Below, one piece after another: positions 1-7,458 of a DNA stretch of 19,706 nt; position 1 is the stretch's first letter, and each line of letters opens with the position of its first letter. The position numbers were made by a program, and so were the translations under genes. The DNA lies in assembly GCA_041746575.1 (NCBI GenBank), contig JBGTGT010000045.1, positions 1 to 19,706 of the forward strand, read 5' to 3'. Below the pieces are notes generated by a model. It ran no database searches. It saw nothing but the letters and a program-made list of their open reading frames with translations, and was not told where the DNA came from. The stretch comes from Microcystaceae cyanobacterium. Lineage in GTDB: Bacteria > Cyanobacteriota > Cyanobacteriia > Cyanobacteriales > Microcystaceae.

Positions 1-140
1 ACCTTTCCCTGAAAAACGACGAAATACTCCTGAGTTTTTCTTTTCTAGCAATCCTCTTATTTCTGCGTAAAGATTTTGGAGATAACCCTTTTTTAAAACT
101 CCCTTGACATCTGGCTTACAGTCTTAAGTTGTCACGAATG
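1..140. mobile_element. End of an IS4-family (IS231-like) insertion sequence; terminal inverted repeat at 121-140, element continues off the left edge
   Basis: The reverse complement of 121-140 is CATTCGTGACAACTTAAGAC. This fits the IS231-type end pattern CAT-N6-CAACTTAAG (recalled IS231A IR: CATGCCCATCAACTTAAGAA). The neighbouring gene stops inside this motif. The partner IR and the transposase are not visible. Confidence 0.7.
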
Positions 141-509
141 AGGGGTGGTAGGATCCCCATAAGCTTGGCGACCATAGGCTAAAAAAGCGGGATTTCCGAC
201 GTTTGCCAACATTTGCGCCTCCCATTCTAGGCAATAACTTTGCCGATCTAACCATTGATCAATGCGGGAACTACTGGGAAAAATACGGCGTCGGGCTTCT
301 CTAATTTGTTCAAGAACGGGTTGAGGATCAAAAACTTCGTAGTGAACTTGGGGTAATTCGGTGGCATTTTTCGCCAAAAAATTGGCTTTAATTTGAGGCT
401 CCCACTGGAGAGATTTGAGGATACGAATCGGTTGAGCTGCCTGTTGTAATAAGCGGGCAACGTCACAAATTCGCTCTTTTTCGGCTTCTGTATTGAGTGA
501 GTTTATCAT
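132..509 (-). pseudogene. N-terminal fragment of a DUF1704 / QEGLA-motif (MATCAP-like peptidase) protein, interrupted by the IS
   Basis: The segments IRILKSLQW...FLAKNATELP...MLANVGNPAFLAYGRQAYGDP resemble the N-terminus of DUF1704 proteins, which are normally several hundred aa. No HExxxH or QEGLA motif is reached. The last codons (H,S,stop) are encoded by the IS end. Confidence 0.7.
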
Positions 510-559
510 AAGATTAATCAGGATAAATGAGAAAGTAAAGAGCGTTAATCAATTACAGC

Positions 560-2227
560 TTACTGAGAATCAATTTTAAAAGAAGGGGGTACATAATCTT
601 TTGCTAAATAATCAACCGGAATTGTGACCATATTGCCATCGCGAATCGCTTGATAATGGGGAGAGAGAATTTCAATCCCTGCTTCATTGCATTTATCTTG
701 GAGATTTTGGTGCAGTTGAGAGTAAATGAGAGGCATTAATTGAGAATGATGAGTATAAACATTTAACTGATAGCTCACATAAAAATCATCTAAACTGGTT
801 TGTAAGACAAAAGGCAAGGGATGGGGAGCAATGTGCTCGGTTGCTAAGGCGGCTTGAATCAAAACATCATGAATTTTGCGCCAAGGGACATCGTAACCTA
901 AAGTAACCGTGGTGGTGAGAATTAAGGGCTGATTAAATTCCCGAGACGAGACACTAAAATTAATCACATTACTATTTAAAAGAATAGAATTCGGGATGGT
1001 AATAATTTTATTGGCAAAGGTTTTGATCCGTACTACCAATAGGGTTTTTTCAATGACATCCCCCATGACATCCCCAATTTGAATGCGATCGCCCACCTGA
1101 AACGAACGGGTATAAATTAAAATAATTCCCCCGACCACATTGGCGATGGCTGAGGTTGATCCCAAGGAAAACAGTAAACCTAAAAATACAGAAATCCCTT
1201 GAAACGCAGGCGAATTAAAACCGGGTAAATAAGGAAAAGTAATCACTGCCGCTAAAGCAATAATTAAGGTTTTGAGTAGATCATAAGTGGGTTGAGCCCA
1301 ATCGGTATAGAAGCCCGGAATGATGATGGCTTGCCGTTCAATCGCTTTAAAAAAGGGATGAATCCAACCTAAAATAGTGGAGGTTAAAGCAATAATAACG
1401 GTAATAATAATAACATTGGGTAAATAAGCCGATATTCCTCTGAGTAACCAATCTAATGTTTTTAACAAATAGCCTAAAATACTTTGGCCAAATGCCCTTG
1501 TCCAAGGATATAAATTTAAAATATAGGTAATATAAGTATAAAATAAAAAGAGAAGGATTAATAAGCGACCAATTTGTAAAAATTTTACGAAAAATAAGCT
1601 CATTTTTTCCGAAGAAATCAGTTCAAAAGACTGAATCCTGAAGCTAGGGAGTTCGACGACTAACCACTGTTGTAAAATCGGAAAAGCTCGACCTGACAAT
1701 TTAATAATGATTAACGTAAAAACCAAGAAAATGAGAGTAGCAATCAGCGTTGAAATAAGACCTCTTAATAATTGCTCGGGTTGACGATCTATACGATATT
1801 CTTCAAGGGCATTTTTAACCCTTGTTAAGGCTTCTCTAGCGAGGGATTCTTGCGATTCTCGATAGGCTCTTGCATCTTGGGGCGTAATGGTTAAAATAAC
1901 TTCGTTGTCTAAACTTAAGTAGGTAACCTGATCTTGTTCTGAAGATTCAATCTTAAGATTCTTCGGATCGAGAGCATTATCTTGAGCCACTTCTACGAGA
2001 CGGTTATTAATGGCATCTGCTCTATCTTTAGCGGAAATAACCCCAACTCCCTGCTTGACTAAAAAGAGTTTTTTTCCATCTAAAATAACTGGGAATCCAT
2101 CAATGGCTTGCACCGCCTCCTTATTTTCTTGTAAAGGATGATTTTGGGCAAAGGTTGTCAAGGTTGAGTTCAAGGTTAAGAGAAGCATTAAACCACATAA
2201 CAAAAGCCAATGATAAAATTTTTTCAT
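560..2227 (-). CDS. mscS: MscS-family mechanosensitive ion channel with signal peptide and N-terminal periplasmic domain
   Basis: Several TM helices, followed by the MscS core: ANVVGGIILIYTRSFQVGDRIQIGDVMGDV...ITIPNS...VTLGYDVPW...GIEILSPH. Confidence 0.93.
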   Translation of the reverse strand: MKKFYHWLLLCGLMLLLTLNSTLTTFAQNHPLQENKEAVQAIDGFPVILDGKKLFLVKQGVGVISAKDRADAINNRLVEVAQDNALDPKNLKIESSEQDQVTYLSLDNEVILTITPQDARAYRESQESLAREALTRVKNALEEYRIDRQPEQLLRGLISTLIATLIFLVFTLIIIKLSGRAFPILQQWLVVELPSFRIQSFELISSEKMSLFFVKFLQIGRLLILLFLFYTYITYILNLYPWTRAFGQSILGYLLKTLDWLLRGISAYLPNVIIITVIIALTSTILGWIHPFFKAIERQAIIIPGFYTDWAQPTYDLLKTLIIALAAVITFPYLPGFNSPAFQGISVFLGLLFSLGSTSAIANVVGGIILIYTRSFQVGDRIQIGDVMGDVIEKTLLVVRIKTFANKIITIPNSILLNSNVINFSVSSREFNQPLILTTTVTLGYDVPWRKIHDVLIQAALATEHIAPHPLPFVLQTSLDDFYVSYQLNVYTHHSQLMPLIYSQLHQNLQDKCNEAGIEILSPHYQAIRDGNMVTIPVDYLAKDYVPPSFKIDSQ

Positions 2228-2390
2228 CTATTATTAGTAATGGACTTGGGGTGAAATTTAGTTTTATTATAAAGCGAGTTTATCCTATCTGTCTCAAGGA
2301 ATTGTTGATAGGTGATGCGAGATTGATTATTTCTAATTCCTGAAGTTTGTGAGGATTTGATTAAGTTTGATCGCCAGACTGAAAAACTTA

Positions 2391-2399
2391 TGTTAGGAT
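2391..2399 (+). promoter_or_regulatory. Putative extended -10 promoter (TGtTAGGAT) for the rbp gene
   Basis: TGn-TAGGAT lies about 110 nt upstream of ATG 2509, just before the structured leader. There is no well-spaced -35. Confidence 0.4.
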
Positions 2400-2417
2400 A
2401 TGTGCGAATTGCCCAGT

Positions 2418-2508
2418 AAGTTTCGGTAGTGTGCCATCGTCCAGTTCAGCGTGACCAGCGTCGCTCCGAACTTGCAGAGGTCCACCGCATTAATCTCGGA
2501 GTTACGTT
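2418..2508 (+). promoter_or_regulatory. Cyanobacterial rbp 5'UTR boxes: Box III-like TTCGGTAG, Box I-like GCTCCGAA and RBS box CTCGGAG
   Basis: TTCGGTAG 2422-2429, GCTCCGAA 2463-2470 and CTCGGAG 2495-2501 resemble the boxes described for Anabaena rbp leaders (TTCGGYGA, TCTCCGAA, TTCGGAGA). CTCCGA is complementary to TCGGAG. Confidence 0.7.
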
Positions 2509-2787
2509 ATGTCCATTTTTATCGGTAACTTGCCCTACGAAGTTGGCAAAGAAGATTTAGAAAATGCTTTTGCTGACTACGGAACGGTCAAAAGTGTCAG
2601 AATTCCCGTAGATCGGGAGACAGGCAACTTGCGGGGCTTCGCTTTTGTCGAGTTATCGTCTGATAGTGAAGAAGACGAGGCGATCGCCGCTTTAGATCAA
2701 GCGGAGTGGTTAGGTCGTCAATTGCGAGTCAGCAAAGCCAAACCCCGTCCCGAAAACGATAGACGGCGGCGCAATAACAATGAATAA
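2509..2787 (+). CDS. rbp: RNA-binding protein, single RRM (cyanobacterial Rbp family), lacking a Gly-rich tail
   Basis: RNP2 SIFIGNL, RNP1 RGFAFVEL, and the family ending AEWLGRQLRVSKAKPR. Confidence 0.95.
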   Translation: MSIFIGNLPYEVGKEDLENAFADYGTVKSVRIPVDRETGNLRGFAFVELSSDSEEDEAIAALDQAEWLGRQLRVSKAKPRPENDRRRRNNNE

Positions 2788-3016
2788 TTCCTTAAAATAA
2801 TGAATAGCCTTTCCCTTTGACCATTTCTGGGGGGGCTTTGTCGGAATTTTTTGGCTAAATTTAGTTCTTTTACTGCTAAAACAGTCGTGCTTTCTCAAGT
2901 GATCTACCTCAGTTTTAAGATATCCCCTTGAAGAAGAAATATTAAAAATCGTCCTAATTCTCGCTGTTTTTTCTTATCCTAAAATTTTAGACCTGTCTCT
3001 CCTTAAACTATCCTCA

Positions 3017-4171
3017 ATGGAGAAATCTTATCCCTTTTACCAATGGCTAGAAACCCACTGGGTGACTCCTGCCTATGCAGGTGGGTTATTAATGGTGATT
3101 GCCCTCTGTTTCTTTGGGGCGGCGACTAATACGATGGCCGGTTGGTTATATGTTCTCAGTGGCATGATCATTGCTTTACTCATTTTAGGAGCAATCTTAC
3201 CTTGGCGATCGTTGCGTTTTTTGCAAATTCGCCGTCTGCCTCTTGTTCCTGTCGGTGCCGGTGATCATCTAACGGTAGAAATTGAAGTGGTCAATCCCCG
3301 TTCTGTTCCCATTGCTTTAGTGGAATTGGGAGATTATGTCCCTTATGTTCTTCATTCTTCCCCTCCAACCACAGCCATTGAATGGATTCCCCCCCATCAT
3401 ACCTATCTCTGGACTTATTACTTGCCTGCTACAAAAAGGGGGATTTATCGTTGGCAAGACCTATATGTTAGAAGTGGCTCTCCTTTGGGCTTATTTTGGT
3501 GTCGCCGCGCCCGTCAAGCGTCTGCCAAGGCTATTGTTTATCCGCAAGTGTTACCTCTTCATCAGAGTCCGATTATTGATACCTTAAGTCAGGAGAATAA
3601 TCTCCGATTGCAAAGTGATCATCACTATCAAGCGGCTAATGAAGGTTTAACCAAAACGCTACGCCCCTACCGTTACGGCGATGCCACCCGTCTTATCCAT
3701 TGGCGCAGTAGTGCGCGATTTGAGGAATTTAAGGTCAGAGAGTTAGAGGTCGTCACGGGGTCAGAGGATATTATTATTGGTTTAGACAGTCAATCGGCTT
3801 GGGAGATCGAAGCATTTGAACAGGGGGTGATTGCGGCGGCTTCTCTTTATTTTTATGCCTTGCGGTGTCAATTGAATGCCAAATTATGGACGGCAGGAAC
3901 GGGCATTATTCAAGGGAATCGAGTAGTTTTAGAAACTTTGGCAGGAATTATGCCAGAAGAAGAGCTTAATGCTTTCCCTTTTCCCCAATCTGCCCTGATC
4001 TGGTTGACGCAAAATTCTACAACCCTAGAGACTTTACCCAGAGGAAGTCGTTGGGTCATTTTTCCCCATTCTCAAAAGGATTTAAGCATTATTCCGACAA
4101 AAAAACGACAGGGCTTAGTCTTATCTCCAGAAGAATCATTAGTATCCCAGTTACAGCAACGTTTAAAATAG
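3017..4171 (+). CDS. DUF58 domain membrane protein
   Basis: Two N-terminal TM helices, RGIYRW...PLGLF, and the DUF58 signature LRPYRYGDATRLIHWRSSAR. Confidence 0.9.
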   Translation: MEKSYPFYQWLETHWVTPAYAGGLLMVIALCFFGAATNTMAGWLYVLSGMIIALLILGAILPWRSLRFLQIRRLPLVPVGAGDHLTVEIEVVNPRSVPIALVELGDYVPYVLHSSPPTTAIEWIPPHHTYLWTYYLPATKRGIYRWQDLYVRSGSPLGLFWCRRARQASAKAIVYPQVLPLHQSPIIDTLSQENNLRLQSDHHYQAANEGLTKTLRPYRYGDATRLIHWRSSARFEEFKVRELEVVTGSEDIIIGLDSQSAWEIEAFEQGVIAAASLYFYALRCQLNAKLWTAGTGIIQGNRVVLETLAGIMPEEELNAFPFPQSALIWLTQNSTTLETLPRGSRWVIFPHSQKDLSIIPTKKRQGLVLSPEESLVSQLQQRLK

Positions 4172-4206
4172 GGTAATCCAATGATTTTCCGACAAAAGGT
4201 GAAGTG

Positions 4207-4938
4207 ATGATGCTGGTTCAACGTTCTGACGGCCGTTCTTCAGATGAACTCCGCCCCCTCCATTTTGAGACGAATTTTACCCGTTTTGCGGCAGGTTCGG
4301 TTTTGACTTGCTGGGGTAGTACGCAAGTACTCTGTACGGCGACGATTACGCTGGGTGTGCCTCGTTTTCTGATCGATAAGGGGCAAGGATGGTTAACGGC
4401 AGAATATCGGATGCTTCCCTCGGCGACGCTGGATCGCCAACCTAGAGAAATCATGAAATTATCGGGGAGGACTCAAGAAATTCAACGTTTAATCGGTAGG
4501 AGTTTACGATCTTGTCTAGATTTGACTGTAATCGGTGAAAAAACCATTACCATTGATGCAGATGTACTTCAAGCGGATGCAGGGACTCGGACGGCTTCAA
4601 TTACAGGGGGATATGTGGCGTTAGCTCTAGCCATACAGCGTTTAATGAAAAAAGGAGAACTAGCAGTATGTCCGATTCGTTATCCCGTGGCGGCAGTGTC
4701 GGTAGGATTGATTGAGGGCGAAACCTATCTTGACTTAGACTATCGAGAAGATATTAAGGCGGATGTGGACTGCAATGTAGTGATGACCGAAAATTTAGAC
4801 TTAATTGAAGTACAGGGAACAGCAGAATCAGGCAATTATACTCGACGTCAACTCAATCAGATTTTAGACCTCGCAGAAAAGGGGATTATGGAGTTAGTAC
4901 AAGCTCAGGCAGTAGCCATCGCTTCTGCTGAAATTTAA
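4207..4938 (+). CDS. rph: Ribonuclease PH
   Basis: RSDGR...[55 protein letters not shown]. The start could be GTG 4204, ATG 4207 or ATG 4210. Confidence 0.97.
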   Translation: MMLVQRSDGRSSDELRPLHFETNFTRFAAGSVLTCWGSTQVLCTATITLGVPRFLIDKGQGWLTAEYRMLPSATLDRQPREIMKLSGRTQEIQRLIGRSLRSCLDLTVIGEKTITIDADVLQADAGTRTASITGGYVALALAIQRLMKKGELAVCPIRYPVAAVSVGLIEGETYLDLDYREDIKADVDCNVVMTENLDLIEVQGTAESGNYTRRQLNQILDLAEKGIMELVQAQAVAIASAEI

Positions 4939-4962
4939 TTGAAAGATAGCCCTATTTAGATA

Positions 4963-5727
4963 ATGATGAAGTTACTATTTTTAGGATCAGGTTCTGCATT
5001 TACTGTCGGTGGAGATAATTATCATTCTAATATGCTGTTAATGACAGAGAATGATGATAAGCTTTTGATTGACTGTGGCTCAGATATTCGGTTTTCTCTT
5101 TTTGAAGAGGGATTTTCCCATCGAGATATTACGGATATTTATATTAGTCACCTGCACAGTGATCATGTGGGAGGACTAGAATATATTGGACTCAGTAGCA
5201 AGTTTGACCCTCAATGTAATAAACCAAATTTGTACTTAAGCAAAGACGTAGCAAGTGAAATTTGGGAAAATACATTAAGTGGTGGAATGCGTTCTGTTTC
5301 AGGGGATTTAATGACCTTAGATGACTATTTCTCTGTTCATCCGATTGCTTTTGGTTGTTCGTTTCGATGGCAAAAAATTGAATTTAAAGTTATTCGAGTT
5401 TTACATATTGATAATGGCTATTATTTAATGCCGAGTTATGGCTTATTTTTTACGATTAATCATTGCAATATTTTGTTAACGACTGATACTCAATTGTGTT
5501 TAGATTATCTGAAAGATTATTACGAAAAAGCCGATATTATCTTTAATGATTGTGAGATTGCGCCCTTTCCAACTTCTGTTCATGCTCACTACAAAGCGTT
5601 AACGCAATTACCGATTTCCATTAAACAAAAGATGTGGTTATATGGTTATCAAGCGGAAAAACTGCCTGACGCTAAGGCAGATAACTTTGAGGGATTTGTG
5701 CAACGGGGGCAATGTTTTGAATTTTAA
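4963..5727 (+). CDS. MBL-fold metallo-hydrolase (RNase Z / phosphodiesterase-like)
   Basis: FLGSGSAF, LLIDCG, the metal motif SHLHSDHVGG, TTDT, and a late HAHY motif. Confidence 0.88.
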   Translation: MMKLLFLGSGSAFTVGGDNYHSNMLLMTENDDKLLIDCGSDIRFSLFEEGFSHRDITDIYISHLHSDHVGGLEYIGLSSKFDPQCNKPNLYLSKDVASEIWENTLSGGMRSVSGDLMTLDDYFSVHPIAFGCSFRWQKIEFKVIRVLHIDNGYYLMPSYGLFFTINHCNILLTTDTQLCLDYLKDYYEKADIIFNDCEIAPFPTSVHAHYKALTQLPISIKQKMWLYGYQAEKLPDAKADNFEGFVQRGQCFEF

Positions 5728-5748
5728 GTTTTGAGTTTTAAAAGGAAA

Positions 5749-5778
5749 TGTAGAGACGTTTCAAGAATCGACCCTACA
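5749..5778. repeat. GTAG-type REP-like imperfect palindrome between convergent genes; possible bidirectional terminator
   Basis: TGTAGAGACGTTTCAAGAATCGACCCTACA has TGTAG/CTACA ends. The flanks AAAAGG (5740-5745) and CCTTTT (5781-5786) extend the stem. Confidence 0.6.
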
Positions 5779-5794
5779 CACCTTTTTAGGGGGA

Positions 5795-6097
5795 TTAACC
5801 CACGACTTCTGCTTCGACAGTTTTAACGTCTTGATTATGCTCAACGGTTTGCTGGTCTTGACGTTGTTCTATCAATAAACGAGACAATTCGGTGGTCAAT
5901 AAAGTGAGGACAATACCGTCATCAATCCAGCCAATAATGGGTAAGAAATCAGCGGAGAGATCAATAGGACTAAAGAGATAAAGTAAAGTCCCAATAACGA
6001 CAAGCCAACGATATTTGGGATGACGCACTTGCTTACTATACCAATTATAAAATAATTCCACTAGGTGTTGCATAACGTTAACTTTAGGGGTTTTCAT
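5795..6097 (-). CDS. YkvA family (DUF1232) small membrane protein
   Basis: The signature YLFSPIDLSADFLPIIGWIDD follows HPKYRW. An alternative start is ATG at 6073. Confidence 0.9.
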   Translation of the reverse strand: MKTPKVNVMQHLVELFYNWYSKQVRHPKYRWLVVIGTLLYLFSPIDLSADFLPIIGWIDDGIVLTLLTTELSRLLIEQRQDQQTVEHNQDVKTVEAEVVG

Positions 6098-6205
6098 AGG
6101 GGACGTTCCTCTTCGTTTCTATTTTTAGTTTCCTTTAAATTTAGGAAGAAATAAAGTGTCGTTAACTCCCCAAACGTTACGGTTTTTACAACTTACCGAG
6201 TCGTT

Positions 6206-6288
6206 CATCCTTTCGGGTTAACCTGATCGCAGTAAGCCAATCACAGCAGTTTGCAACTTGATGAGGTACATAATTCCCGATAAGGATG
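6206..6288. other. 83-nt imperfect long hairpin of unknown identity (candidate cis-regulatory RNA, sRNA or MITE remnant)
   Basis: Nested complementary blocks: CATCCTT/AAGGATG, TCGGG/CCCGA, TTA/TAA, ACCT/AGGT, ATC/GAT, GCA/TGC. Confidence 0.5.
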
Positions 6289-6334
6289 CAAGGTTTGCGC
6301 CCAAAAGTGTATAATTCATTGACGCTACCGATTT

Positions 6335-7300
6335 CTAGGGGGTAGAGGTGGAAATTTGGTTAGGAATAATAATAGGCAGTCCTTTTTGTTGTTCAATAGT
6401 ATAGGAAACATTACTTGTACGAGAGGGACAGCAAAGGGCATCTTTTTCGTCATAACGATTAAATTCGGCAAATAATGATGTTTCTCCACTTAAATAAGCT
6501 TGTTTTAACGACCCTTCAGTACGAGCATCCATCACAGAAGGAGATAATGTTCCGGCAAATTGATCCTCAACAAAGACAAAAGTTTGATAGGCGAAAGGAC
6601 GACACATTCCATCGGCGTTAGCCATCGCTGAACGAACGCTCGTGTTACCATAGACCTGAATTGCGCCAAACAACGTCCATCCTGCTTGTAAAAGGGCTTG
6701 ATCAACCGAATTTGATGGTTTTCTCCCTACTTCTTGACATTGCGCCAAATTCCCTCCACCCTCAATTATCGGTGCTTTAGGAATACTGGCCCCTGCTTGA
6801 TTCCAATTTTGGGGTTTTTCTGGATCTAGCCAACTTTTTTCGCTATCCATCTCTGCTGGAGACTCAAAGACAAGGATTCCTTGAGGCGATCGCAGTTCTA
6901 ACTGTCCTTGAGCGTTGATCTCAACTGTTTGCGTTTGCTGAAGTAACTGGAAATATTGAAATTCCTGCTTCATAATGTCAGGAAGGCACGCTTTTTGGGT
7001 TGAAGCTAGGGGAGGGAATGTCAATTGGTGATTTTCTTGCTTATATCCTCCCATATAGCGGTTACATCCCCCTGTTCCTGCCACACGGTTATTGAGAAAC
7101 TCAAGGGTGATTTCGGTCTCTTTTAAGAGAGATTTTAGGGGTTCAGATTGACCGAAACCGATCAGTTTCCAGCTTGTGCCATCTAATTTCGTCATAGTAT
7201 GGGCAATTTGAGGGGTTATCTCAGCGGCAAAAACGGGGATAGCGGCGGAAAAACTGAAAAGGATAGAGGTTGTTAATGCGGTTATAGATTGAGTGAACAT
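6335..7300 (-). CDS. Exported protein with a META (HslJ-like) domain and a C-terminal LppP/LprE-like domain
   Basis: The likely start is ATG 7300 (AAGGAG RBS at 7312-7317), not 7417. It has a signal peptide ending PVFA-AE, META motifs LDGTSWKL...GTGGCNRY...LASTQKAC, and a second domain with DGMCRP and YDEKDALCCPS. Confidence 0.8.
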   Translation of the reverse strand: MFTQSITALTTSILFSFSAAIPVFAAEITPQIAHTMTKLDGTSWKLIGFGQSEPLKSLLKETEITLEFLNNRVAGTGGCNRYMGGYKQENHQLTFPPLASTQKACLPDIMKQEFQYFQLLQQTQTVEINAQGQLELRSPQGILVFESPAEMDSEKSWLDPEKPQNWNQAGASIPKAPIIEGGGNLAQCQEVGRKPSNSVDQALLQAGWTLFGAIQVYGNTSVRSAMANADGMCRPFAYQTFVFVEDQFAGTLSPSVMDARTEGSLKQAYLSGETSLFAEFNRYDEKDALCCPSRTSNVSYTIEQQKGLPIIIPNQISTSTP

Positions 7301-7458
7301 GGTGATGATTACTCCTTCACACTGAAATAGGAAGTCTATTTTGACGATAAACTCCCTCAATTTTAACGTTTTGGTAGTGATATTGACAGAAAAACGTGAA
7401 GCTTTGGCATCTGTCACCGCTTAAATGAGGCGATGAACATAGACGACAGGTTACTGAG

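Noticed and set aside
2..70. Open + frame PFPEKRRNTPEFFFSSNPLISA* as a possible transposase C-terminus
   Set aside because: Too short to identify, and another frame is also open to about 107.
104..130. TTGACA inside the IS end as an outward-facing promoter
   Set aside because: No good -10 at 16-18 nt spacing.
248..466. 72-aa alternate-frame ORF
   Set aside because: Nested in the DUF1704 fragment, with no recognisable motif.
2155..2343. 62-aa + ORF
   Set aside because: Overlaps the mscS start on the opposite strand and has no family features.
2806..2840. G7 tract and weak hairpin after rbp, as a terminator or phase-variable tract
   Set aside because: The stem relies on G-U pairs with a large loop and a poor U-tail, and the tract is non-coding.
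2710..2898. 62-aa - ORF
   Set aside because: Antisense shadow of the rbp gene.
3336..4454. Short ORFs 3336-3587 (+) and 4218-4454 (-)
   Set aside because: Both lie within the well-supported DUF58 and rph genes.
6176..6189. GTT-N8-TAC as an NtcA site
   Set aside because: It mismatches GTA-N8-TAC and has no properly spaced -10.
6200..6240. TCGTTCATC start resembling the glutamine (glnA) riboswitch
   Set aside because: The downstream GGAAGTA...GAAGGAACG elements are absent and no gene follows on the + strand.
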